The translations under genes and the position numbers were made by a program. From positions 23,192,464 through 23,256,463 of the forward strand of contig NC_068983.1 in assembly GCF_001194135.2 (NCBI RefSeq): a stretch of DNA of 64,000 nt. Reading direction: 5' to 3'. The notes under the pieces are model-generated. The model searched no databases. It was not told the origin of the DNA and saw only the letters and a list, made by a program, of their open reading frames with translations. This document shows positions 21,350 to 35,287 of the stretch, in pieces (position 1 is the stretch's first letter; every line of letters begins with the position of its first letter). The DNA is from Octopus bimaculoides (lineage: Eukaryota).

Positions 21350-21540
21350 TGGCAGAATCATTAGCATGCCAGAAAAAATGCATAATGGCACTTCCTGTCT
21401 TTAGATTGTGAGTTCAAATATCACTGAGGTTGACTTTGCCTTTCATCCTTTAGGGGTCAATAAAAGAATAAGTACCAGTTGAGCACTGGAGTTGATATAT
21501 TTGGCTATCCCTAGCCAACAAAATTTCAAGCCTTGTGGAT
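21350..21540 (+). mobile_element. tRNA-derived SINE family B (gcagaatcattagc... gcctttcatcctt...ggggtcaataaa...aagtaccag)
   Basis: The same central motif recurs at ~3385-3520, 13850-13995, 19440-19653 (minus), 22450-22590, 54880-55090 and 63590-63770. Confidence 0.8.
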
Positions 21541-22299
21541 TATTCTTGGAACACCTTGCAAAAGCCAAGGGCACAGCTCCTTTGTCCAGAAGTAGACTGT
21601 TTATGAGAATATACTTGTAAATATTCTTGTATAAATTTTAGTGTTTTGACAGAAGCCATTCTGAAGCACCATCATTAAATTTAAATTAATGGGTATGGAA
21701 TGACAACAGAATGGAGTGGAAAATAATAAAATTCTGGATTTTTCAAAAACCACATATTCAAGTTTTCCTATAGAAGTTGTATTATGTCTTTGACTATTTG
21801 TACTATTTTTCGTAGTTTAGAAGTCTTCTGAGATAAGAACGGCGTGCAGTTTTTAAAAAAGAAAAAGCTCTAATACTGTTCCAGTTTTTAAATATCTTCC
21901 TTATTCTAGAGTTGAACAAATAAAAAACATCATGCCTCTAATATCAACAAAATAATTAATTGCTAGGCATGATTTAACTAACCATATCCACCCACCCCTT
22001 TTCAAATTTGTAGCAATGTGCTCAATCATATGTATAGTCCTAATTAACCATATAAATTTAAACTTCCTTAGAAAATATCAAATGAGAAAGCAATAAAATG
22101 TAAAAAGTAATAAATTTTAATATCTATGATGACCATTGGTGAAATCTGAAGTCATTCACTAATGGAGTCTTTTAGAACCCTAATAGTAATTAAAAAAGTT
22201 ACAAACCTATGAATTTGTTAAATTAAAGATTCGTTATTTTTTCAGCATAGATGTACTTCTGCAGTGTGTTATAAGCTTGCAATTTTACTGCTAAGATTA

Positions 22300-25200
22300 A
22301 AAAATTCCCTAAGGCATGAAATATTCTACAAAATATCCTTATAGAAAAATAGCCCACCAAAGAAAGGGGTTTTGGAATGTAACTAAACAATTAAGGAATT
22401 TTAATTCCCAGTCAGTTCTTCAAGCCATATTAATTATCGGTGAATTGTCGGAATCATTAAACGTCGGACAAAAAAGCTTACAGTTACAATCCTTTATGCT
22501 CCGAGTTCAAATCTCGTCGAGATCAACTTCGCTTTTCTGCCCCACCCCTCCAGGTTGATACAGCAAAGTACAAGTACTAGGATCGATTCCTAGAACGCAT
22601 TCTTAATATTAATGTAATTATAATGGAAGTCGAATATTAAACAATCTTATTTCTAGCTCTAAGATTATTTCCTGTTTGATGGTAAAAATCTGTAAAATTA
22701 CAAAAACTGCATTCCAAAAGTTATGCTTCCATTTTAGGGCTGGAAATACTTCTCTGCTCAGTTGTTGAGCTTGTCTCTCTACAAACACAAGAATGACTCA
22801 CATTAGAGTACTGCCCACATATCAAGGAAGGTAGAGATGTTATACACACAAACATCCTAGAGAGCATAAAAAAGGCCATCCAGCTGTTTGGCAAACATTC
22901 ACTCATCAGCTAAACCACGAGCTTACAGATGCGCCATAGCCATTTTCTCTTCTATCACTAATATAACGTCCTCTGCGCCTAAGAACTATCACCTTCATCC
23001 AAAACACCAACTTCAGATCCTCTTTTAAAATATCCAATCATTCTAACACAAACGGTAACAGTCAACCTTCATTGTGCCCTGTTTTCCTCAAAGGTTTCAG
23101 ACCCTGGAAGTTCACTTCTGCTCGAGGGCCCGCATTGGTCATAGACATTACCTTTCCTCTTATTAAATTATAAAATCAAACCAAAATTCTTGGTGCAATT
23201 TACAACTCAAAAGATCTGATTTCATTTCTGGTATGATTCATCATTAATATCCACTGTTCATCTCGCTATAAACGAGTTCGACATTCCAATAGACTGCATC
23301 GTTGTTACTTTTTTCCTTTCGCATTATATTGCTACTAAAATTTCCAGTTGGAATTAGAATAGACACCCATTCACCATTATATTACATTTCATGCCCCCCC
23401 CCCAAAAAAAAATACAATTTAATTTGCAAATTAAGCTGAGTAATAAACATAAGTTGTTCACAGAAGTCTAATTTATTCTTCAAGAACCTTAGTTGTGAAG
23501 GGAGTTATAAAAAGAAACGACATCCTATTTCACCAATTATTATAACCTTTCTGTTTGCGTCTTTCTCCTTCCATTCACACTGTCTAGTTTACTTGACGTA
23601 TTAAATGCATTACCTTAATCCTTCCTTCGCGATATCTCCCTACCATTAAGTAAACTTACAAATATTATGTAAACCGAAGTGTTCCAAACTTAACCTCAGG
23701 GAGTGGGGGAGGATTTTATCATCTTGGCCTTTGAATTAATTAAAACAAACCAAAAAAGTAACTTTTTGTAATTAAAATAAAAATACAAGATTTCATTTTA
23801 AAATTCCAGTATGATATCCACTAAGATTAAAGACATCTTATGAAAATGATGCATTGTTCTAGTATAATCCACTAATTACGTCAGAATTTTGTAACAATTT
23901 TCCGTAGAGGCTTTTTTAACTTATATAATTGTTGTTTTTCTATTATTATTTCTCATTTGTGAGTGTCTTCATGACGACACTTCTCTTAAGCTTTATATTC
24001 CTTGTAAACATTGTTAAAAATAAATACGACATATTTAAACGATTTGATAAAAATATATAATTTCCAGAAGGCTTATATATCTCCTGCAGACATAGTTACA
24101 TTGAAACTGCGAAATAATGCTTATGTCATAGTCTCGTTCAAATGAGACTTAGCACCACATCCGCGATCTATTAGTATTTTTAATAACGTATATGTTTAAT
24201 TTTTCATATTTGTATCAGTAATCGTTAAAAGTTTTCTATTTGAATGTTAAAAGTAATTAATTCTGGAAATAAAAGAGTAATAAAAGTGAAAACAATTAAT
24301 TTTCATACTAAGAATATGTATGTAGTTTAAGAGAGGGGGAGGACATTTTTTTTTTTATTCCCATGACTCTGTGTTCAGCCGTACAGGTGTGCATCCATCA
24401 TGGCGGAAAGCGGTGAAGAAACGGAAAGGAAAATTACTATTACAGTTAAAACAAGTAAAGAAAAGCAAGAGATTAAAATTGAGGCTGATGTGTCGGTCAA
24501 AGAGGTAATTTGTTTTTTTGTATAGGATTTTGTACAACTCATTGCTTAAAAGTTGTTGACCGATTAGCTCCAGTCTATAACACCACCCCCATCCCATCCG
24601 TATATCTTCTCTTTAGCAGTATATAATACTGTCGTTAAAATTTGTTTAAATTTGTTTATTAGTTACTTGCTTTATGTATTTCTGTTTGTTTTTTTTAAAT
24701 CTCAATTGATTTCAGATCTGTTGTACTTTCTTGTGTTTCTATTATTTAAACTCGAATATCGTTCAAGAGTCGGTGTGGATTTTAATATTGCACAAAATCG
24801 GAGAGAAACAGACACGAATCCTCCCCCTCTCGAACCTTGAAAAATAAAACAAAAAAAAATTAAAAATCGAAATTCTTTCATGTATCAAGGAATTAAATTA
24901 CGAAGGTTTTTTTTTTCTAGACGAAACAAGTGTAGTAAAAATTCTGCTGAAGTTAAAATCTAAGATTCGTCAGCCTTTTGAGTGAAAACTACGTGTCCGT
25001 TCATGATAAGGGAAAGGCGACTGGAATACTACTATAGCGAGTTAAACGAGCGTGGTTATCAGTCTTGTCATAAATTAAGCATGGAATAAAGGGCAAAAAT
25101 TTTCTTAACAACCCCTCATATATTTTATCTTCAACATATGTTGAAACTATTTGTTTGGCTTTGGTTCTTAAACATGTGTTTGACTTATGTCATTTGACTT

Positions 25201-26500
25201 GTGAATCTTATTTTATGTTTTAGATCGCCAAGTAATTTTCATTAAACCGTAAATGATATGATTTGTAAGGCATGTTCGATGAAAATAAACTCTTACAACT
25301 CATTTCACTTGAAATTTACGCACGTTTTGTTTCTGATTACGACTCTACTGTACACAATCATTTTCAAGTAACTTTCTCTCTATATAAACATATATAAAGT
25401 ACCTCTTGGTTCATAGACTCTTTTGCTAATTATTCTTTTCGAGTAAATCTGCTGGATTCCTCAAAATATACCGAGAAGCACTAACGTGGATGCGTTTGGA
25501 TGCACATTAAAATAAAGATGGTTTGCAAATTTCGAAACTTTTTCTTTCTTCTGTAAAAACCTGTTCGTTGTGTCAAGTGCTGTTGATGCGTCATAAGATC
25601 AAAGATTTACAAAACCTCATCAGATTTTACTATTACAAAGTTACTGTTTTTAACGATATCTTATAAAAAACGTATTCCCTTCCCAGTTTAATAGAAGTAG
25701 ATGAAGCTGTAATGTTTATGTATTTTACAAGGACATCAACGACCCAACAAATGCAGTTCTAACAGGAAGCAACTGAAATTGGGTCGCGGACTCAGTTCAC
25801 CGAGAACTCTCTCTCGCCATCACGACGACCTCAAATGGAATCATCTCGAAGCTGTTGGATGAAATTTATTGCGATTTTAAAAAAAATATCGACCGATTTA
25901 TTAGCCTTATTGAGTTGACTCTAACATTAAAGTTCTTTTTATGATTTCATTCGGCATTTCCGGTGTTTTTACAGCATTACTTTCTGCTGTTGAACAGGCT
26001 TCTTTCAGGATATATATTATCTATCTGTATTTAGTCTTGAATATAGGCCAGTAATTATATTTTTATGTGTTTTAAGATTTCTTACGAGAGAGCCACGAAT
26101 TACTTTCACAACGTTTCAACTACCCATTTATAAATGTTTTACTGCCTCTTCAACGTATAAAAGGCTATGATTTTTTCAGATATTTTGGAGTGGTTCATTA
26201 GGTCCAGTAACAAACAAGTTAGACATGTGCTCAAGCATTGTAATGTCCGCGGCATTGAATATCATTTGAAAAAGTTACAAAATAAGTGATTGTTTCATCG
26301 AAAGGCAATCAAAATTTATACGTAGTCTGATGATTGGCGTGTGAATGATGTTTGAAGAAGCTAAAGGTTGTATCGGGGTTTGCAGCTCGATCTGTGAATA
26401 ATTGGGTATTCAGTATTCTCTGTCCTAGAAATTGATTGCCTAATCAATCCCAAACATGCAGGATGGAGCGAGAGTGAATGAAGCATTGAAAGACAAGTGC
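22300..26500. promoter_or_regulatory. CpG-retaining region around the ubiquilin start codon (promoter / first exon island)
   Basis: CG-rich relative to flanks and spans the ATG, whose context ccatcATGGCGG resembles a YY1-like element. Boundaries are approximate. Confidence 0.55.
24400..24504 (+). CDS. UBQLN1: Ubiquilin coding exon 1 (start of UBL domain)
   Basis: MAESGEETERKITITVKTSKEKQEIKIEADVSVKE; donor GAG|gtaatt; 105 nt, phase 0. Confidence 0.93.
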
Positions 26501-29500
26501 TACTTGAAGATAAAATCGTTCGTAGGCACATATCAAGAAAATGGATATTTTGGTATTTGAAAAACAAAAAAAAGGTAAAAGTGGGTAGGTAATCATGAGA
26601 TGAAATGCAACAATTGGGCTGATAATTGGTGGAATTTTGAGAACCTTGTCAACAAATTTAAAGTTGTGTGTTAACTATAAAAGAAACAAGAAAAGATGTA
26701 CTTGTCAGTTTGTGTAGGAAGGTTTGAATATATTTCTTCTAGATATCTGATGCAATATTTTATTAGCCAGATTATCTATTATGGATCATTGGAGTTAGTT
26801 TTCTTACCAATGCTTAGATCGATGCTATAGTGTCTCAAGTGCAGGGAACTGAAATTGCCTGTTTTTTGTTGTTTTTTTTTCTGTACAAAAGACATGTTCA
26901 GGAGTGTTGAAAGCACAATAAATAATTGATAAAGGTAAGCGAGTTAGTTAAAATTTTGCTAAAGTCGAGCTTTACAAATGAATTCAACCAGAAAGCATTA
27001 AAAAAAAATTACCTGTCATAGCTATGTGCTAAAGAAGTTTGTTTCATAACCACATGGTTTCAGGTTTAGTCTCACACTACTTTCAACAACTGTTTTCTAT
27101 TATAGCTCCAGACTGACCAATGCCTTGTGAGTGAATTTGGTAGATGGAAACAACGCAGAAATTGTTCTGCTCCCATTCTCTGCTCATCCCTTTCACTTCT
27201 ATGGTACCTTCCAGCTTCTTTTATCTCTCACTGCATTCAACCACTGATCCCTCATCCTTTGCCTGTCATTTCTCCACAGCTTCTCTGCCACCTGAATTCC
27301 TCATCTCTCTCTCTCTCTTCTTTTGCAGCCATCTCCAGATTCTCATCACCCTTATCCTTTTCCTCTCTTTCATGTTTTCTTTCCTCCTACACCTACCCAT
27401 ATTTACCCCTCCCTCCCATGACGCTGGTTAAGCACTGGATCCTTCTACACAACCCACTCTATCACCCTTTGCTTTTGTCTCCACCTCTCTTACTAACCCT
27501 TGACACAAATCCTTTCTCTTTCCCCTTCATACTCCTTCCTATTTTCTCTGTATCCTTTGTTACTCTTCACTATCACTCACCCACAACACTAAATCTGTTC
27601 TTCATATTTTTTCCTCATCACTCTCTTATTCTCTTTTATTGTAGGGACACCCTTTAGGTTCTTTAAGTCTTGCAAGTTGCATGGTGACACTAGAAAAAAA
27701 AATTACAAAACTCTGTGCACTGTAAAGTATTGTGTTAGAAAGAGCATCCAGCTGTAGAAATCGTGCCAAAGCCAAGACATTAAATACTACATTCAATTTC
27801 ATTGACATAATCCTTTGACTGCGACTGAAACAAGAATAAGAATATCTAAATGTTAGCTTGGTATGTAATCATTCATTATATATGCTGTATTAGTATCAGT
27901 TCCTTCCTAGTCATTATAGATAAGTAAAGTAAGATCAGCTATTCCGGTCTGTTATACAAATATTCTTGGTTTTAGAAATCTTCAGACAGTATACAGTATT
28001 TTACATAGACACCTGTTAGTCAAACACCTTGCTTATGAAATATGGAATAGAACTATCTCGCTGACTATTTTACATTTGTCTGTCTTATTGGTGTGCTCTA
28101 GGACCAACTTGGATGTCTCCCAACTTTCTGTTATTCCTTTTATTAATAACTACCTACCAATCTCATCTCCAACACTATTCTTCAAAAGTGACATACTTGA
28201 TATGAACTGCACTGATTGTATTCCAGTTCCACATCTTTTTGCTTTTAAAATATTTCTAGTACTGAATTAGACAGCTTCTTGAGATTTTTCACAGTATTTT
28301 CATGATTTTCTATGCTTTACACGAGGTTACCCTATGCTTGTTTGCATGCTGTATAATTTTTGTGATGTATACTTTGATTATTCTTTCTGTATAATCTAGT
28401 TAACCTTTGATCCATTATCTGTATTTTCTTGGTCTCCAAGTTTTCCCAACTGGAGTCTTATATTTATTCATAAAGGGTTTCAACCTTCTCACTGAATACC
28501 AAGGATGAACTTTTGTTCATCATTATTACATTGTATTTATTATAAATCTTTTTACTTCCGTTCACTCACTTTTGCCCATTCTTGTATTCCTCTCCTTTCA
28601 GTAGAATCACTTGCATTTCCATCAATTCTCATAATCAGTCTATCTCTTCGATTTCCATTTGACTTGGATTGTTCATGTTCTACTATTATGTTTTCATACA
28701 GCCTTAGAAGCCTGATATGTTACACATATTTTCTTTTCATATAAAGAAAAAGCTTTTCAAAGATATATAATCTCTTTTACAGCATCCTAATTAAAAGCTC
28801 TTCATCCAAGGGAAATCACTGCTAGAATGGTGTAAAGTCTCGTCATTAACCAAGTTTTGAAAATAGTGCATTTTAGCTTTTCTTGTTCTTTGGCTACTAT
28901 CCAAATCTTTTGTTTTTCTCATGGTTGGCAAATATTTTTTTTCCAGTTATTCTATTTTGATGTCCACTTGTTGATTCCTACGCAACTTCCACAGATCATC
29001 TTTTTTGGCAGTCTTTTATCTTTCATCAACTCCCTACTCAAAATCTTAGCAAGCTTTAGCTTATTTTAATATGCTCAGTATTGTCAATTTTCAGTTTTAT
29101 GTTAACTTCTTTAATTCATAACTATTACTTGTATTTATAACTTTACTGTATGGCAATAAAGAAAAACAAACTTTGGTACATTAAAACTACATTTTTTGTT
29201 TGAGACTTGAACTCTGAACTTTATTCGGTTGATCTTTTGGATGAAGAATTCTCTTTTCAACATATACGATCAGTCTTTAAATTTTCTTTTCCCATTCATT
29301 CTATCTGCCACCACTTCTAGTAATGCAGCTTTTCAGATATTGTGTAATTAAAACAATTCTTTATTGCTGAATACTGTGGCATCAATGGGTAAATTACTAA
29401 AATAAAAACAAAAAGGAAATTTTTCATCTTGTATTTTTACTTCATATTTCATGATGGAAATAAATGAATTTATATGTTCTGATTCCTGTAAGAGTTTGTA

Positions 29501-29580
29501 TTTGGCTTCTTGTGTATCTTTTGTTTGATCATGCAAATTACTCATTAATGTAAAAGTAATTGAAAATTGTTTGAGTAATA

Positions 29581-30456
29581 TACAAGGCGGTAGGTATCAA
29601 AAGGTTCCCGAACTAGTTATGTTTAATAAAAAATAGCTTATTTACCTAAGTTTTACCATCATCTTCTTTGAAGTGGTCACCTTGTGCAGCAATATACTGG
29701 TTCCAGCATTCCTGCCACTTTTGGAATCTGGACTGGAAGTTGTTTTTCATAAGCAAGTCGAGGACCTTCTGCAAATTGTTCGGAGCTCTACAATGGTGTT
29801 AAAACAGCAACCTTTGAGCTGCATTTCCATCTTCGAGAAGAGATGGAAGTCCGCAGGTGCTTAATCTGGCGAATAGGGTGGTGCAGAAGTAAGTCATACC
29901 ATGTTGTTTTTTGTTGAGAAACTCATTAAGGAGAGCTTGGTGATGGTGCATTGTCATCATGAAGAATTCTTTGCGTTCCACAGATCTGGTTGCTTTCACT
30001 GAATGTCCTCCCTCAAACGCGTCAAAATGTTACAGTAGAACTCTTGATTGATGGTCTGGCCCTGGGGGGCGAATTCTTGATGCACAATACCACATTTCTG
30101 GCAGGTCTTCCAGGGACGTTCTTCTGATTTTGAAGCACTTGTACCACTCAAAACATTGCATACGACCCATTTCCTTGCCACCATAAGCTTGCTGAAACAT
30201 GCTCAATGTCTCTAGCAGACTTCCCCAGTTTAATGCAAAATTTTATGTTGGCTCTTTGTTCCTGTCCATGACAAAATCGTAGACTACAGCATACACTTGA
30301 TCATAAATTTCACAACTTGTGAAGTAAACACAGCAATGTCATTAAGCACATTGCCTAATGAAGGTCACTGCTAGCTTTCATTGCACATGCAGTGGTGTGC
30401 TGCCATCTGTTGGCATGCAACAGAGCTAGTCTGGGAACTTTTTGATACCACCTTTA
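29581..30456 (-). mobile_element. Dead, internally deleted mariner (Tc1/mariner) transposon
   Basis: TIRs ggtatcaaaaggttcccgaactag / ctagtctgggaactttttgatacc. Minus-strand transposase pieces IVHQEFAPQGQTINQEFYCNILTRLREDI and PPYSPD*APADFHLF (YSPDL motif destroyed by a stop). Confidence 0.9.
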
Positions 30457-30774
30457 TTCAGTTGAACTCAACAAAATTTGGTTGGTTAGTTTCATCAGAC
30501 ATGAATTAATGTCAGTTTAGAAGTAGATACCACTATCTAATTTCTGACTTGAAAATATCTACAATTAGCAAATCTATCCTGCACACTGGATTGCAGTTTT
30601 CCTATATTCTTGATTGGTTACTCGTTTTTGTTTTCACAGTGTCTGTTGACAGCCTCCACTTTCCACCTGTAAGGTTCAACACCACATGTCTTGCAGTTTT
30701 GTATTTTCTGTTCTCTAGTTGGTGTCCATCTGAACACTGTTTTTTCATATTGATGATTTGACTGCTGCAGGCTG

Positions 30775-31015
30775 TCATCATCATCATCATCATCATCATC
30801 ATCGTTTAACGTCCGCTTTCCATGCTAGCATGGGTTGGACGATTTGACTGAGGACTGGTGAAACCGGATGGCAACACCAGGCTCCAATCTGATTTGGCAG
30901 AGTTTCTACAGCTGGATGCCCTTCCTAACGCCAACCACTCAGAGAGTGTAGTGGGTGCTTTTATGTGTCACCCACACAAAGGCCAGTCAGGCAGTACTGG
31001 CAACGGCCACGCTCC
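30775..31015 (-). mobile_element. RTE LINE 3'-end fragment, young
   Basis: Long (CAT)n tail; near-identical to 52678-52900. Confidence 0.92.
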
Positions 31016-31825
31016 CAATTGCATTCTTCATTCTATCAATGTGTCTTAGAGTCTTCATGATGATGTTCTTATTACTTCTTTGTTTCTGATGTGATTGTGG
31101 TACAAATGCCTCAGAACATTCTTGTCCAACTTTTTGGTGACTTTCCAGTCTTTTCTTGCATTTTGTTTGGATATAGGACTGTTGGTTGTATGATGTTATT
31201 GTACTGGCAGATCTAAATGCTAGTGTCCATGGGCCCAATTTTGTATGATCTTTTTTTTTTTTTTAAATCCTTCAAACTTTAATCAGTTGTAAAGGCTGCA
31301 GATAAAAATAAACTGAATTTTGAATTTGATAACTGAAAATACCAAACCAACAAAAATCATAAATTTATCACTCGACACTTTTATACAATAGAACATGTAT
31401 TTCTAGTTGTGCATATTTCTGGAAATAGTAACATTTTCGGAATATTTCATTTGTCTGTAATGATTTCATTCAGCATGACATCAAAACTGATTTGGATTGC
31501 TTTCATCTGCTGCTTCTTTTCAGTCATTCAGGTCTGACAAATGTGTTACTGACTGGGTTGCACATGAGAATTTTGAGTGTAGTTATTGCAAAATCTGACA
31601 AAGATTTGGAAAAAAAAAAAAAGTTCAGGGTTTGTCAAAAGTCCTGAAGGTGACCATATCCATGATTAAGCTATGAGTTGTTGCAGGAAACCATAAGTGT
31701 CCAAGAGCAGTATGATAATGTAATATTGCTTGATTAGTTGGAATTAAGTGAACTGGAGTCCTATGTATTTAACTGTTCCGACATAACTATTCAGACTATA
31801 GACAACTTTCAAGTTTGATAATAGA

Positions 31826-31883
31826 CGTCCAACCCATGCTAGCATGGAAAGCGGACGTTAAACGATGATGATGATGATGATGA
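31826..31883 (+). mobile_element. RTE LINE 3' tip
   Basis: cgtccaacccatgctagcatggaaagcggacgttaaacgatgatgatgatgatg. Confidence 0.85.
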
Positions 31884-32367
31884 TTGTATTGTATTGTAAC
31901 GGAAAGAAAATCAAAATTTCTCTGATGGGTCATGGTAGAAGTTGAATTCAATTAACTTGAGAAGTATTTTTCAAAGAGTGGGGAGGGGAAAATTGCCATG
32001 CTTATCAAAATTAAGATTGCTTTAGACTTTTTTTAACACTACAGTGAAAAATGAATTATATGGATATAAAGTCTATTTTGTCTTCTCATTAATAAGGATG
32101 GGAGACAAAAACTTCACTGATATTTTGTTGGGAGTGGGTGTGTGGATGCTGGTATTTGTCAAAATGAGAACCACTGAATAAGATAATTTGAGTTAGATTT
32201 TAAAGATGCAACCCATGTTTTTCTTTGAGTTTTGATCCAAGATGAAATTTTTTAATCAGAATTCATCAGTAAGGTAAACCAAAAACTGCCTGGTATGGAT
32301 CATATTCACTCCAAAATTATCCAATTCATGATATTCTAGTATTACTGTGGGAGAAATAATTGTGCAA

Positions 32368-32710
32368 ATCATCATCATCATCATCATCGTTTAACGTCTG
32401 CTTTCCATGCTAGCATGGGTTGGACGATTTTACTGAGGACTGGTGAACCGGATGGCTACACCAGGCTCCAATCTGATTTGGCAGAGTTTCTACAGCTGGA
32501 TGCCCTTCTTAACGCCAACCACTCCGAGAGTGTAGAGGGTGCTTTTACGTGCCACCGGCATGAAGGCCAGTCAGGTGGTACTGGTAATGGCCACGCTCAA
32601 AATGGTGTATTTTACGTGCCACCTGCACTGGCACGATCTCGCTTGAATGTCTTTACACATGCCACCGGCACAAGTGCCAGGAAGGCATCGCTGGGCACAG
32701 GTGCGGCGAC
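32368..32710 (-). mobile_element. RTE LINE 3'-end fragment
   Basis: (CAT)n tail plus the shared 3' UTR. Confidence 0.9.
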
Positions 32711-33904
32711 ATTTGAAATTCATAATGTCAGATTTTGGGTCAGAAATTCTGAAAATTTAACTGTCAAAATGAGAGTTTTTAGGCAATTGCTATAATTTCC
32801 TTTTTTTTTTTTTTTTTTTTTTTCAGACACAAAAATGTTTTGAATATGAAGATATATATTTTTTGTTTTTGTTTTTGGCAAGGAAGATATTGCATTGTTT
32901 TTCCCCCAGTGGATTTATAGTGGGGTGAATTCATAGCTCTGGGAATTTAAAGCATATAGTTTGAGAAAATTTTGCAGGTTTATTAAAATTCTGAAACCTC
33001 AAAAGGTGTTGATATAAGAACAGTTAGAAAAGATAGTATGTCAGTTGGCATGTGAAGATACATATGTTGATAAAATCTTCTAACAACACAATTATTTAAA
33101 TCTGTCAAGGAAGAGCTGAGCAGTGTGAGTGCTGAAAGGGATGTTGCAAAGTTCAGTCACCATGCAAGTTGTTGCAAAATTTGGTAACAAGAACTTGAAA
33201 GGGGGGAAAAAAATTAGAAACAACATGGCTTCATTGAAATCATCATTATTTCTTAATTATCTCACAATGAAAATTTATAAATTATTAGCACAAGGTGGCA
33301 AAGAGCAAGTAAAAGTTACAAGAAAAACACAAAACAAATGCATGAAGTAAAGAAAGTGTATTTCTACATTACTAAGCTCTTACAAACTTGTAAATTATAT
33401 GGTAGTCCATGTACAACCACAAATGAATATCCTCTTAACTAAAGTGAAATTAGTGGGAAAATTGTGAAGACAGAACTGTTGTACAGCTGAAACATTTGCC
33501 AAGTTGAAAGAAGAGAACCACTTGAACTTTTCCAGATGATAAAGATCTATGAAGTAATGCTGGAGAATTTGTTTGTGCTTAATTAACAGTGATGCAAAAA
33601 TAGCTTCAATATCATCTTCTATTCTTGAGTTACCACAAATGAAGAAGTGTCAAAAATAATCCTGCATTCTACATCATCTGTGAAAGTCACAACAAAAACT
33701 TAAAACTTGTACCACTAAAGTTAGTGTTAGAAGAAAAAAAGCATGTAAAGTTGTTACTTGGTCATGTCACGCTAACAGCTGAATGATGTCAATTTCTTCA
33801 TTGAGCATCTACATAATTTTCTTAAGAAAGCACACCCAAGTTTTGGATATATCTAACTTCTGATGTTTGTTTCTGGTGATTAAATCTTCCCTATAACATT
33901 TTTG

Positions 33905-34088
33905 GCGGGTGACACGTAAAAGCACCCACTACACTCTCTGAGTGGTTGGCATTAGGAAGGGCATCCAGCTGTAGAAACTCTGCCAAATTAGATTGGAGCC
34001 TGGTGTAGCCATCCGGTTGCACCAGTCCTCAGTCAAATCGTCCAACCCATGCTAGCATGGAAAGCGGACGTTAAACGATGATGATGAC
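33905..34088 (+). mobile_element. RTE LINE 3'-end fragment, young
   Basis: ggcgggtgacacgtaaaagcacccactacactctctgagtgg...aaacgatgatgatgac. Confidence 0.92.
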
Positions 34089-34843
34089 GAAACTAATATT
34101 GAGGATTGCGTTCTATGCCTTGACCCAAGCATAGAACAAGGCTTGCCTCTTTGAGCTGGGAAATGAATGGAATGCCTGGTGTGTTTCTTGTTGTGGCTAC
34201 CCCCTCCTAAAAAAACTGAGAATAGGCCTGGATATATATATATAAAAAAAACTTCTTGTGTAACTTCTGCTAGAACAGATAAGAGATTTGACTGATTTAT
34301 TAATAATACTTAAAAATTGTTAGATCTTTATATTGTTTGCCAATGAAGAAACAGATAAATGTTACTGTCAACAAAGTTTAGGTTTAGTATGAAATACCAA
34401 ACCATTTTTGGTTTGCCTGCTGATGAATTTTGATAGTAAACATTTTTCTTTGGTATTATTGTCTTTGGTTAAAACTTATCCGAGAAACATGGGTTGAACA
34501 AGATCTGGAAGATGAACTCATAGGTGACCTTGACTAACTTAGCAATAAAATTTGTCAAAATATATTGTATGAGAGGAAACCCAGATACAAGGGGTTTGTA
34601 AGATTTGAGAATATCAGTATGGGCTGTTGGTGCTAATTTACAAGAAAGGTTGAATGTAGCTCAGTGATGTCTGCATTTATATAAACATGTAAGATGCTGA
34701 TTAAGTATATTGTAAATAATGTTTACAATGGCCTAGAATAAGGGAAGATTTTACTGAAGCAGTCTGGGTGGGCATAAAACTAACATTTGTAATGATAAAG
34801 AAACTTGCTTAGAATGACCGTGTACAGCAGACTCATCTCTAGA

Positions 34844-34853
34844 NNNNNNNNNN
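34844..34853. other. Assembly gap (10 N)
   Basis: N run. Confidence 1.
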
Positions 34854-35287
34854 AGTTTTATAGAAGCTTCTTCTGAAATTCCTACATTGTTTTTCACACA
34901 TAGTGTAGATTGAACTATGTAAGATGCTGGAGAAAGAAACAGCTATTTCTTGAATACATATCAATACATACATCTAAAGCAAATTTTTTTCAGGGGCCCT
35001 TAAAATACTATTGTAGAACCTCAGTTTACTATTTTGTGGAACCTCAGTTTACTATTTTGTGGACCCCCAAAAATCTTATATGGACCCTGGTTGAGAACCA
35101 TTGCTATAAAAGAATGGATACTAAAATGAGGATTGTGACCATAGTGAATTCAGAATCGATATACTTTTTGAAACTTTGATGTTTTAGAATATTATTTGAG
35201 GAATTTGTCAACAGTTTTTGTTATATTTTTTTACTGAATGTAGCACAAATTTTGAAATTGTAAAGATTTGATTATATATATATATAT

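Noticed and set aside
14000-22300. A hidden third protein-coding gene in the CpG-poor spacer
   Set aside because: All ORFs traced to SINEs, RTE, RLE-LINE or TIR elements; no chain of in-frame exons was found.
22880-22912. Minus-strand CTGATGAG...CAAACAGCTGGA resembling a hammerhead
   Set aside because: GAAA is replaced by CAAA, there is no stem II, and the segment matches the cagctggatg(g/c)cc core of old LINE 3' ends.
27127-27657. 176-aa and 95-aa Leu/Ser/Pro-rich ORFs
   Set aside because: Pyrimidine-rich antisense of degraded purine-rich retroelement sequence; low complexity, no exon signals.
27990-29560. Possible old LINE body on the minus strand
   Set aside because: Composition is suggestive, but no motif could be read with confidence, so it was not annotated.
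30858-31049. Recurrent ORFs of the type MKPDGNTRLQSDLAEFLQLDALPNANHSESVVGAF (also 1467, 4905, 32415, 35208, 52754)
   Set aside because: Antisense translations of the non-coding RTE 3' UTR, not a gene family.
35020-35075. Short direct repeats (gaacctcagtttactattttgtg x2; also cttattaatcttataa x2 near 49940)
   Set aside because: Simple two-copy slippage duplications without spacers; not CRISPR-like.
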